Positions 7,259-14,959 of a DNA stretch of 64,000 bases are shown here, piece by piece. Under the pieces are notes generated by a model, which was given only the letters and a program-made list of their open reading frames with translations, was not told where the DNA came from and did no database searches. The translations under genes were made by a program, and so were the position numbers. Positions within the stretch are counted from its first letter, which is position 1. Every line of letters begins with the position of its first letter. Source of the DNA: Cycloclasticus sp. (lineage in GTDB: Bacteria > Pseudomonadota > Gammaproteobacteria > Methylococcales > Cycloclasticaceae); contig NVUJ01000009.1 of assembly GCA_002733135.1 (NCBI GenBank), positions 7,518 to 71,517 on the forward strand. Reading direction: 5' to 3'.

Positions 7259-7905
7259 CTAAGAGACCTCGATACTCGGTTGAGAAAAGCGCTCACATCT
7301 TCTTTTTTAACCGGCTCACCACAATTAGCAAACCTTGTTTTTCTTGGTGATTTAGGTAGCGCAACAAATAGTTTTTCGCCACGCGTAACCTGCAAACAGA
7401 ACGCCTCATAATTTTTCTTGAACCTTGCAAACGTTAGCCGTTCTGGTGCCCGCCTAAGCTCAAACCGCCCGGTTGCATTAGCCGCCAAAAAAACAGCGGC
7501 GTGCGACCAGTTGTGCGTCGAACCAGCGCAAGCCGCCTCTTTGTACGCAGTGTCAACATCAGGTAAGCCAAATTCTTCTGGGGTCGGTGTGCACCATGAA
7601 ACAAACTGACCAACGCTTGGCAAAAAAGCCGAGTTTAGGGTTCTAGCGTGTTTTAACCCTCGGTTAAGCTGAGCCGTTGAGTTGATGCCGTTTTCCAAAA
7701 AACTCAATGTCCACGCTCGTTTGGCTTCTTTAAGCTCTCCTAGTGTTTTAAGCGACTGCCGCCAAGCAGGAAAGGTCCGCCTTAGTTCAGCAAAGAGAGT
7801 ATTCACAATTTTAACCGTATTTTTGGTTACTGTTTTTTTGTCGATTTCGTGATCATCTAAACCTAAACCCTTACCTACATCCATGCTGTTAATGTGCTTC
7901 AACAT
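7255..7905 (-). CDS. Lambda P-family replication protein
   Basis: LF..L...FPAW, AKRAW..SF.ENGI, FLPSVGQFVSWC, FGLP motifs; follows initiator gene. Confidence 0.8.
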   Translation of the reverse strand: MLKHINSMDVGKGLGLDDHEIDKKTVTKNTVKIVNTLFAELRRTFPAWRQSLKTLGELKEAKRAWTLSFLENGINSTAQLNRGLKHARTLNSAFLPSVGQFVSWCTPTPEEFGLPDVDTAYKEAACAGSTHNWSHAAVFLAANATGRFELRRAPERLTFARFKKNYEAFCLQVTRGEKLFVALPKSPRKTRFANCGEPVKKEDVSAFLNRVSRSLR

Positions 7906-8644
7906 CTAAACCTCCAGGGCCATCAGCCCAACTCATGTCGTTATCTTCAGGTTTAAAATCACGCCCATCGGTTGTAACGTGGCCAGCTCTGCGGTTACTC
8001 CATGCTCTAGCTAATTTCCTCCAATCAACAATAGGCTCCCTGTCACCTCCTTTCCCAACATGCCAATCATTGTTGTTGTAATGGACAAAAAACCCCTCCA
8101 AATCCAAACTTAACTTTTTTTCAAATATCTCCACCTGAAGAAATGAAGGGGGGCTATTGGGGGGTTTATTATCTAGTTCTAGTTCTGGTTCTGGTTCTGG
8201 TATGGCATATGTTTCGGATTGCGAAATAGATGCGACCGCATCATTACTTTTGTTGATTTTATTAGGTTTTTTAATAGTTTCTTTAGCGACATCTAAAGGT
8301 TGTTTACCCCACCGTTGCTCCGCGTTTTGTTTATTTTTTTCCTTTTTTTGGCTAAAAAGTTCAACTTCTTCGAGTAAACGCGAATTAAATAAGGTTGAGT
8401 TCTTAACCAAAACAACCCCCAAATCATCTACTAAAACCCGTCTGATTTTTCTCCAAGTGGCTGGTTTGCAACGCAGTAAATTGCAGCACCAATTTTCTTT
8501 ATCAGGAATAAATCCAGCTCTTTTCCACATAGCGGACAACAAGCGAATATAAGCCCCTTCACATTCCAAGCCCATATCAAAAATGCGTTCGCTATCCAAC
8601 CAATCGGTTGGGTAAAAAAGAAAATAAGGTGCTTTTTTACTCAT
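7889..8644 (-). CDS. Phage replication initiator (YdaU/DUF1376-like)
   Basis: PYFLFYPTDWL..EGAYIRLL N-terminus, PEPEPE linker, C-terminal FF.HY..NDW..DWRK domain. Confidence 0.75.
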   Translation of the reverse strand: MSKKAPYFLFYPTDWLDSERIFDMGLECEGAYIRLLSAMWKRAGFIPDKENWCCNLLRCKPATWRKIRRVLVDDLGVVLVKNSTLFNSRLLEEVELFSQKKEKNKQNAEQRWGKQPLDVAKETIKKPNKINKSNDAVASISQSETYAIPEPEPELELDNKPPNSPPSFLQVEIFEKKLSLDLEGFFVHYNNNDWHVGKGGDREPIVDWRKLARAWSNRRAGHVTTDGRDFKPEDNDMSWADGPGGLDVEAH

Positions 8645-8721
8645 AAACCCACCCTATCCACATCGCCACCTTTGGTGCTTTTAAATACCACTCTTTATTG
8701 CTTTCTATCATCAACCAACCC

Positions 8722-8871
8722 CTAAAACGGCCTAAGCGTCACCACAGCAGTTAAACCCGCTGCCAGCAACCAATACGCCGCATCGTTATAATTACCCTTG
8801 TATGCAAACACAGCGCTAGCGCCAAGGCTCTCAACCAGCATCAACGCCGGTAAAAACACCTCAATCCTCAT
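8722..8871 (-). CDS. Small hydrophobic phage protein (probable start MRIEVFLP)
   Basis: Hydrophobic; GAGGA SD before internal ATG; coupled to upstream ORF. Confidence 0.5.
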   Translation of the reverse strand: MRIEVFLPALMLVESLGASAVFAYKGNYNDAAYWLLAAGLTAVVTLRPF

Positions 8872-9058
8872 GTGATTCCTCAAGGTTCCTTTCCCATGTA
8901 TCAACCAAATCCAGCCGAATACCACGGCTTTTAAGCTCACGCGCCATACAGCTTCCCGCCATTTCAGCTATATCTTTACGCCGCTGAGAAGCATCATCTT
9001 TTGAAAAATAGGACTCGGTTCGAATCCTAACTAGGGACTCGGTTCGATTCCCACTCAC
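8861..9058 (-). CDS. Hypothetical phage protein, 65 aa
   Basis: Start overlaps recombinase stop (GTGA); co-oriented. Confidence 0.5.
   Translation of the reverse strand: MSGNRTESLVRIRTESYFSKDDASQRRKDIAEMAGSCMARELKSRGIRLDLVDTWERNLEESHED
9011..9051 (+). repeat. Tandem 17-bp repeat GGACTCGGTTCGA(A/T)TCC, 24-bp period
   Basis: Copies at 9011-9027 and 9035-9051. Confidence 0.7.
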
Positions 9059-9687
9059 GACACACCCTCAAGCGACCGCTCAATATCTTCCCGATCAGGC
9101 AACGTATAAACCGTCGTAGACACCACACTGCTATGCCCAAGCACAGCACACACATGCCCACGCGGATCAGCCGCCTCGCTGCTCTTCATTAACCGCTTAG
9201 CCAACGTATGCCGCCACCAATGGGGCGATGCCACCACCCTAAGCCCAGCCACACGGCTCCAATGCTGCATACGCTGTTGAAAACTACGAACAGCCAGCCC
9301 GCCGTGATGCCTACTCAAAATAAAAGGAGAATCCGGTGCAGTAGGTGCGCCCATCTCCTTGCGAATCCTCAGCAACCGCTTAAGCGCCAGCGTAGCCGTT
9401 TTATTCAAATACACTTTATAGCCGCGCTCACCCTTCGCAATCTCATCGCGCAGTACCAAATAACCCGACGTACGCGCCAACAAAGCATCATCCAGCGTTA
9501 ACAAAGCCAACGACCCAACCCTAATGCCCGTATGCCTAAGTAAAAGCATCCAAGCATGGTCACGCCTAGCCAGCACACTGCCAAACGACTTAACCGACTT
9601 AAACAACACACTCTCTTCCTTCTCACTTAAATAACGCTCAAACACCTGGCGTTGTCCGTATTTCTTCACTTTTTTATTCGTGTTCAT
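9055..9687 (-). CDS. Tyrosine recombinase, catalytic domain only (FimB/FimE-sized, 210 aa)
   Basis: RDH..TGIR, AKG, HWWRH, LGH, TTVY all present; no N-terminal core-binding domain. Confidence 0.88.
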   Translation of the reverse strand: MNTNKKVKKYGQRQVFERYLSEKEESVLFKSVKSFGSVLARRDHAWMLLLRHTGIRVGSLALLTLDDALLARTSGYLVLRDEIAKGERGYKVYLNKTATLALKRLLRIRKEMGAPTAPDSPFILSRHHGGLAVRSFQQRMQHWSRVAGLRVVASPHWWRHTLAKRLMKSSEAADPRGHVCAVLGHSSVVSTTVYTLPDREDIERSLEGVS

Positions 9688-9705
9688 AAAAACTCCTGGT
9701 TCCGA

Positions 9706-10206
9706 TTATTGCGGTGTTAATTTGCCCGCAGCTTGCTCGTGCTTCATAAAGCAAATCCAGTGGGTGTTTGCGCGCTTACCTGATATGTGTCCGAACAATG
9801 GCTTCCTCTCGGTTAATGCCAGTATTTCGCCTGTTTTAATTTGTGTTTCGTTCCATTTGAAAATTAAAATTCCGTTGTTTTCCAAAACCCTGAAACACTC
9901 GGAAAAGCCTTTTCTTAAATCATTTTTCCAATTGTTTCCTAATGTTCCATATTTCTTGCCCATCCAGCTGTTTTTTCCAGCTACATTTAAGTGTGGTGGG
10001 TCAAACACGACTAATTTAAACGATCCATCATCAAACTGCATATTTGTATAGTCAGTTAATTCGTCGGGGTTAATATGCAACTCTCTACCATCACATAGAA
10101 TGTGGCTTTCTTTGCGGATGTCTCCGAAAAACACATGAGGGTTTTTACTGTCAAACCAAAACATTTTGCTACCACAGCACGGGTCTAAAACTGTTTGTTG
10201 CATCAT
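9706..10206 (-). CDS. Phage class I SAM-dependent methyltransferase
   Basis: LDPCCGS SAM-binding motif and FDPPH catalytic motif. Confidence 0.85.
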   Translation of the reverse strand: MMQQTVLDPCCGSKMFWFDSKNPHVFFGDIRKESHILCDGRELHINPDELTDYTNMQFDDGSFKLVVFDPPHLNVAGKNSWMGKKYGTLGNNWKNDLRKGFSECFRVLENNGILIFKWNETQIKTGEILALTERKPLFGHISGKRANTHWICFMKHEQAAGKLTPQ

Positions 10207-10214
10207 AAAATCTC

Positions 10215-10400
10215 CTAAACCCTAAAATCTTCAATCAATGCTTCAAGTTTTTGTTTAAAAGCACGGAGCCTTTTACCGTCCACCCAAAACAACCCATTAA
10301 GCTCAACCAGCGACTCAGTGCCGCCCTCCTCGTCATCGTACGTATGCGTTTCAAGCGTCAATTCATCACCAATGGGCCACATTTCATCCACTTTTTTCAT
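10215..10400 (-). CDS. Hypothetical phage protein, 61 aa
   Basis: ATGA coupling with upstream ORF. Confidence 0.6.
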   Translation of the reverse strand: MKKVDEMWPIGDELTLETHTYDDEEGGTESLVELNGLFWVDGKRLRAFKQKLEALIEDFRV

Positions 10401-10996
10401 GACGTAAGCCCCATAATCAAGCCATAGTCGTCACCCGATCTAAACGCCAGCATCTTCTTCTCAATATCTGCAAATACCTCTAAATTTGGCGCATCAATAA
10501 TTAACCTTAAATAATTAGCATTAACTTTTACCCCCAGCACAACCGGAGCATCTCTCCAACCGTAAATCACCCCCTCCCCTCGGCATTTAAAACAATCCTC
10601 ATCCGTACTTTGGCAATAATTAAAACCGTCACCACCGCAAGAATCGCACTCGCACTCGTAATTATTGAAACCATTATAAAAATAAACATCGCCCTCGCCT
10701 ACGCATTCTTCGCAGTCCTTTTTTGATGATTTTCCCGCGCCGGCACAAATAAAACATTCAGTAGGGTCCGGTAAAGTTATTTTCGGCATGGGTCCAAATT
10801 GCTTACCGTCAAGGCCCGACAAAATAGACCTGATCCGTTTAGCCTGCTCATCTCCTGCCCCGTCGTATTGCTTGTTTAGCGCTGCAGACATTAAAATATG
10901 TCCATTCGATGCAATCGTTCTACCGTCAACAATAAAAGGCTTTCTTAGATCAGGCCTACGCTCGTCCGCGTCATAAAAATCTTCAATATTCATCAT
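10397..10996 (-). CDS. Protein with four DnaJ-type CxxCxGxG zinc motifs inside a beta-clamp-like domain
   Basis: CFICAGAG, CEECVGEG, CDSCGGDG, CFKCRGEG; flanking ASNGHIL and NANYL..GLIMG motifs. Confidence 0.65.
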   Translation of the reverse strand: MMNIEDFYDADERRPDLRKPFIVDGRTIASNGHILMSAALNKQYDGAGDEQAKRIRSILSGLDGKQFGPMPKITLPDPTECFICAGAGKSSKKDCEECVGEGDVYFYNGFNNYECECDSCGGDGFNYCQSTDEDCFKCRGEGVIYGWRDAPVVLGVKVNANYLRLIIDAPNLEVFADIEKKMLAFRSGDDYGLIMGLTS

Positions 10997-11006
10997 TACT
11001 CCTTTT

Positions 11007-11252
11007 TCAACTATCTAACGTCCAGTCATTGCCGTGCCGATACTTCCAAGCCCAATTTGCCGTCACATATCCAATAATTGACGGTTCATCTTCAGTTGGC
11101 GGTAAATCTCGCAACACAATCGCTTGGCATTCACAGCAAAAAAGACCGCCAGGCACTACCGAATTGGTATGAAACCCATCGTTATGCAGGCAACCACCAA
11201 CAACTGGGTTAATCGGTTTTTTATATGCAAATAATTCCAGCTGCTGCATCAA
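11007..11252 (-). CDS. Hypothetical phage protein with Cys cluster
   Basis: Co-oriented, tight spacing; CLH..CCECQ. Confidence 0.55.
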   Translation of the reverse strand: MMQQLELFAYKKPINPVVGGCLHNDGFHTNSVVPGGLFCCECQAIVLRDLPPTEDEPSIIGYVTANWAWKYRHGNDWTLDS

Positions 11253-11254
11253 AA

Positions 11255-11527
11255 TTATTCAAAAATAAACAAATCAGAAAACCGCACCACCTCTTCCGCC
11301 TTCCAAAGCATCGCCCCGCCCCTGTCACTATCAAACGAACGGCGGCGGCCTTTTGGAAAATGCTCATGCTTGCGAAGCCTATCCACCGTATCGACAGAAC
11401 AATTAAAATATTCAGCCAACTTCTCACGGCCCCACAAAACCTTATTAAAAGGAATAGGCGAACCCAGTGACGACACCACTCGCGTCAACTCATTAATCTG
11501 CTTCATTAACTGCGCAATCTCACTCAT
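11255..11527 (-). CDS. Xis/AlpA-like winged-HTH protein
   Basis: LAEYFNCSVDTVDRL..FPKG..LW...EV pattern. Confidence 0.7.
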   Translation of the reverse strand: MSEIAQLMKQINELTRVVSSLGSPIPFNKVLWGREKLAEYFNCSVDTVDRLRKHEHFPKGRRRSFDSDRGGAMLWKAEEVVRFSDLFIFE

Positions 11528-11910
11528 GCCCCGTCCCCCGTGTGCGGCTTAACAATAGGTTGGGCGCCCTTCTTAGCCGCATAATGCTCACTAATCCACA
11601 CATCAACCAGCAACTTTTCAGGCCGTTCATTCTCACCAAACGTAATAGCCCTGGGGAAAAGCACCACGGGCACGCCAAAACTCACCAAATTAATGCCGGG
11701 GCCAACCCCCACTCGGCTAATCAATCGGCCATCAACCGTATAAACCACCAAAAAAACCGTCGTAACGCCATCGTTAACCTCATATTCAGGCATCAACACC
11801 ACCCGTCCAGCCACACAAGCCGCATCCCCCATCCAAACAGACACCCGTTCGCGCTCGTCTTTATCCGGCGTAAAATCGTGATGAAGTATTTTTACCAAGC
11901 AACCCATCAC
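11524..11910 (-). CDS. Hypothetical phage protein, 128 aa
   Basis: Overlap-coupled on both sides within the early operon. Confidence 0.55.
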   Translation of the reverse strand: MMGCLVKILHHDFTPDKDERERVSVWMGDAACVAGRVVLMPEYEVNDGVTTVFLVVYTVDGRLISRVGVGPGINLVSFGVPVVLFPRAITFGENERPEKLLVDVWISEHYAAKKGAQPIVKPHTGDGA

Positions 11911-12359
11911 AAATCCTCCTCAACCAAACCATCCAACCGCTCAATAAGCGCAAGCCCGGCTTGAACAGCCTCAAAAAATTCTTTGCGCACAGCATTAACG
12001 TGCTGCTTTGTCACAGCCCTCACCTCAAGCGTTCGGCAAATCTCGGCCGCCATATCGCCAATCTCCTTGTGATAACGCGCATAAGCATCCAGCAGTTCAA
12101 CATCCGACGCTCCCGAATAATCACCCAGCGGAATGCACGCATGGCCAAGCGCCGCCGCTTCCGCATAAAGCACGTCATAACGTTTTCGTGTGTTTTGGAT
12201 TAAAACGGCCTCTTTAACCGTCAAGTGATGGTTTTCCATCGAAAAACTGGCTTTATTACTCAACGTGCCAGCGTTCATATTAGTAAGCGACGCCAGCCTT
12301 GCAGCCGTCGTGCCTTCGTGAATCAAATCATAGATTGATTGATCGATAGGATCATGCAT
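11907..12359 (-). CDS. Phage regulatory protein, CII (phage 186-type) family
   Basis: N-terminal HTH with TLSNK..HHLTV.EA motif; helical C-terminus; GGAG SD. Confidence 0.7.
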   Translation of the reverse strand: MHDPIDQSIYDLIHEGTTAARLASLTNMNAGTLSNKASFSMENHHLTVKEAVLIQNTRKRYDVLYAEAAALGHACIPLGDYSGASDVELLDAYARYHKEIGDMAAEICRTLEVRAVTKQHVNAVRKEFFEAVQAGLALIERLDGLVEEDL

Positions 12360-12529
12360 GTATAAACTCCATTTCTTTCAACATTGAAAAAACAGAGGTC
12401 ACTGGTGCAAACTATCATTACAATAGCAAGCGAGGTGCAACTAAGGTGTATACTAAAACCAGTGCCTCAACCGGCCTGTGGGGTGCTAGTAACACCTTGC
12501 AGGCCATCCTTATAAAACTACGCCATACA

Positions 12530-12566
12530 AAAAAGCCCTATCCGTTTACAACGGATGGGGCTTTTT
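12530..12566. terminator. Bidirectional intrinsic terminator-like hairpin at the arc gene 3' end
   Basis: AAAAAGCCCTATCCGTT-TAC-AACGGATGGGGCTTTTT. Confidence 0.7.
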
Positions 12567-12720
12567 CTGTTACACCGTCGTTTGCCATAGAATCCCTTAA
12601 CCTAACAATCATCTCAGAGTTCCGAGACCTGCAATTCTTTCTTGCCTCTATATCAAGCATCTCAAGCATATGTTTAGGCATTCTCAGCCCTGCGTTTTTA
12701 TTAATTCTTTTGCCATTCAT
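12538..12720 (-). CDS. Arc-family ribbon-helix-helix repressor (Cro-equivalent)
   Basis: GLRMP..M...LD.EARKNCRSRNSEMIVRL matches the Arc consensus. Confidence 0.85.
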   Translation of the reverse strand: MNGKRINKNAGLRMPKHMLEMLDIEARKNCRSRNSEMIVRLRDSMANDGVTEKAPSVVNG

Positions 12721-12740
12721 TCTGCGTTTCCTTTATATGT

Positions 12741-12800
12741 AACGTATGTACACTTTACATACGTTCCTTATTGAAGTCAACAGCATAAACCTAAGATAAT
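12741..12800. promoter_or_regulatory. Divergent promoters with palindromic operator
   Basis: Perfect IR AACGTATGTA-CACTT-TACATACGTT (12741-12765); leftward TTGACT-N17-TAAAGT; rightward TTGAAG-N18-GATAAT ending 7 nt before ATG 12807. Confidence 0.7.
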
Positions 12801-12806
12801 GAAATA

Positions 12807-13346
12807 ATGACAGGGATCAGATCGACAACATTTCAATTAAGACTCCGCGAACCCTTTAAAAAGGTGCTTGAAACCCTAGCGTGGAACAACAAGCACAGCA
12901 TGGCCGCAGAGATCATCCAACGCATCACAGATCATAATCTATCCGATACAATTGAATTTGCCGTACCACCCGCAACGCTTATTCAAGGTGAAAAAATAAT
13001 ATTTGGCTTCAGAATGCCAAACACATTAAAAGAAGAAATAGCCGAATGCGCAAACACCAGGGGGACAGGCATGACCGCCGAAATACTCAGGCGCCTATTC
13101 CTAACCAACCCGCTGGTGGACTACAAAGTTATTGAGGCAAAAGAAAAAGCCGCCGCATTCACCTACCCCACTCAAAAGCTAGGCAGAGGCTTAGCCGTAA
13201 ACGAAACACAAGGACTGTGGACGCAAACGGAGGGCGAGCGGATCATGCTAGAAAAATACCGCGCAATGTCCGACGTGCAGCGTACACAGATGCAAGCAAT
13301 TAGCGATACGATTTATGAACCAAAAAAAATTGGAATGAAAAAATAA
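12807..13346 (+). CDS. Repressor with two tandem Arc-like RHH domains (CI-equivalent)
   Basis: FQLRL...SMAAEIIQRI and FGFRMP...GMTAEILRRL repeats; C-terminal ERIMLEKYRAMS helix as in many phage repressors; no S24 peptidase domain. Confidence 0.7.
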   Translation: MTGIRSTTFQLRLREPFKKVLETLAWNNKHSMAAEIIQRITDHNLSDTIEFAVPPATLIQGEKIIFGFRMPNTLKEEIAECANTRGTGMTAEILRRLFLTNPLVDYKVIEAKEKAAAFTYPTQKLGRGLAVNETQGLWTQTEGERIMLEKYRAMSDVQRTQMQAISDTIYEPKKIGMKK

Positions 13347-13370
13347 GGTATAAAATATAAGGAAGCACAA

Positions 13371-14177
13371 AAAAGGGATTTTTATGGAATATACGGCATG
13401 CCCATCTTGTGGGCACGAAAAAAAAGCAGGTGAATTTGGTGTGAAAGACGAGTGTAATAAATGCGGGGCGTCGTTAAATGATCAAATTTCATCCACTCCT
13501 AGATCAGACGAAGTTGACTTTAAAAAGTTGGCGGAAATAAGGCGAAAAACAAGGCAGGTTTACACCCCTAAATTTCAGCATGAAGCCGATGAAGAAAATC
13601 AGCATACGGCAATAAATCAACGTCTGGCTTTAATTGCTGCCTGCATGTTGCTGTTTGGCGTTTTTACACCACTATTAAGTGTGCCTTTATCCGGTGGAAC
13701 AACCTTGCTTTCAAGCTCACCATTGGATGCTTGGGGGGTCTTAATTGTTGCCGCCATATCCGTTTTCTACACTACAAAAAGAAAGTATAAATTCCATTTT
13801 TATGCAGGTTTAGTTGTTTTAGCCGACTTGGTTTTCTCAATAATTCGAACGTACATGAAAATCAAAGATGCTAAAGAAACAATGATGAGTGATCTAGCAG
13901 GGAATCCGTTCAAAGGCGTCGCTGAAGCAGCGCTAAGCAATGTACAAATTCAGTGGGGTTGGGGTGTTCTCCTAGTTGGAGCCGCTTTACTCGTAGCCGC
14001 TGATTGCTACCGAGAAAAAGACTGAACAATAGAAATATTCACCACCCTAGACCAACGCAGCGACTGTATAAAAAAGGAATTTTTATGGAACATACGGCAT
14101 GCCCATCTTGTGGCTATATAAAAAAGCCAGGCGAATTTGGTGCGGAAGGTGAATGTAGTAAATGCGGCGCATCATTA
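13371..14177 (+). repeat. Diverged ~105-bp direct repeat covering SD and zinc-ribbon coding sequence (13371-13476; 14072-14177)
   Basis: TTTTATGGAA(T/C)ATACGGCATGCCCATCTTGTGG...GAATTTGGTG...AAATGCGG shared. Confidence 0.85.
13384..14025 (+). CDS. Zinc-ribbon membrane protein (about 4 TM)
   Basis: CPSCG..CNKCG N-terminus; hydrophobic helices; QWGWGVLLVG end. Confidence 0.75.
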   Translation: MEYTACPSCGHEKKAGEFGVKDECNKCGASLNDQISSTPRSDEVDFKKLAEIRRKTRQVYTPKFQHEADEENQHTAINQRLALIAACMLLFGVFTPLLSVPLSGGTTLLSSSPLDAWGVLIVAAISVFYTTKRKYKFHFYAGLVVLADLVFSIIRTYMKIKDAKETMMSDLAGNPFKGVAEAALSNVQIQWGWGVLLVGAALLVAADCYREKD

Positions 14178-14543
14178 CTGTTAAAAGCAAAAAAAACACC
14201 CGCCGATATTTTGCAAAAAAGAAAGGAATCAAACCGAAAAAGAGCCGCTTCCAAAACCGCTATAAGAGTTAATAACAAAGAAATAAAAACGATGTTTATT
14301 GCAGCCATCGCACTCGCAATACTCACTTTGGGCTTGTATTTATTTAACCCACCCCAAAAAACAATTATAGACGAACAAGCAAACACCCAGCAAGCCCAAG
14401 AAATAACCGCTTACATGAAAGAGCAGTTCGCCCAACCCGGCTACACCGCCAGCTGGTACAACGAAATAGACGATATACAAATAAATCAAACCAAAAAACA
14501 AAGAACAATAGAAATATTCACCACCCTGGACCAACGCAGCGAC
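14024..14543 (+). repeat. 41-bp direct repeat, 1 mismatch (14024-14064 intergenic; 14503-14543 coding)
   Basis: GAACAATAGAAATATTCACCACCCT(A/G)GACCAACGCAGCGAC. Confidence 0.9.
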
Positions 14544-14681
14544 CCCACAGGCAACAATATATGTAACGCCGTCAGCAATTACTGGCAAAACCATAAAAAC
14601 AGCTTCACCGGCCTTAGAGTAATTGGAATGGGTGGAAAAATAACAAATTATAGGTATTCGCTAGGTAGCCGTTGCAATTAA
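14085..14681 (+). CDS. Zinc-ribbon, single-TM protein with extracytoplasmic C-terminal domain
   Basis: Start at 14085 (AAGGA SD, paralogous to 13384); CPSCG..CSKCG; one TM helix. Confidence 0.75.
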   Translation: MEHTACPSCGYIKKPGEFGAEGECSKCGASLLLKAKKTPADILQKRKESNRKRAASKTAIRVNNKEIKTMFIAAIALAILTLGLYLFNPPQKTIIDEQANTQQAQEITAYMKEQFAQPGYTASWYNEIDDIQINQTKKQRTIEIFTTLDQRSDPTGNNICNAVSNYWQNHKNSFTGLRVIGMGGKITNYRYSLGSRCN

Positions 14682-14791
14682 GCGTAAAATCAATGGTGAT
14701 AAAAAGATTAAAAGCCTTATCAAAGAAAATAAACACGCTGTTTTTACGATGCGGCACACCTAGCTATTTGATTTAACAGTAAATGTTGTTA

Positions 14792-14807
14792 CCGGCCCTC
14801 GGTACCA
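14792..14807 (+). other. Prophage att site: duplicated tRNA 3' end (probably tRNA-Leu)
   Basis: CCGGCCCTCGGTACCA = T-stem 3' strand + acceptor strand + CCA with no tRNA 5' part; IHF-like TAGCTATTTGATT at 14761-14773; followed by terminator. Confidence 0.75.
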
Positions 14808-14814
14808 AACACTT

Positions 14815-14846
14815 AAACCTACAGATTTTTCTTGTGGGTTTTTTTT
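14815..14846 (+). terminator. Intrinsic terminator (probably the original tRNA terminator)
   Basis: AAACCTACA...TGTGGGTTT stem followed by T-run. Confidence 0.65.
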
Positions 14847-14959
14847 GTAATGGAGTATTCGCCAATATCAATGCTTGCAGGTGCGACAATTTGCCGAAGA
14901 GCAAGGCCTTAAAACTTCATTATAACTAAGGGATTATTACAATAACCCAATTAATTAAA

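Larger units (their letters stand above)
1..14807. mobile_element. Prophage (right part; left end outside window), integrated at a tRNA 3' end
   Basis: Terminase, portal, replication, repressor and recombinase genes in a compact co-oriented block ending at tRNA 3'-end copy CCGGCCCTCGGTACCA (14792-14807). Confidence 0.92.

Noticed and set aside
8172-8242. TCT(A/G)GT x5 repeat and GATGCG-AC-CGCATC palindrome as contingency locus or origin iterons
   Set aside because: The hexamers encode the PEPEPELEL linker common in these initiators; an origin here is plausible but clear iterons could not be resolved.
14004-14084. Upstream extension of the second zinc-ribbon gene
   Set aside because: Paralogy and SD support ATG 14085.
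14024-14543. Diversity-generating retroelement TR/VR pair
   Set aside because: Only 41 bp with one A/G mismatch and no reverse transcriptase in the window.
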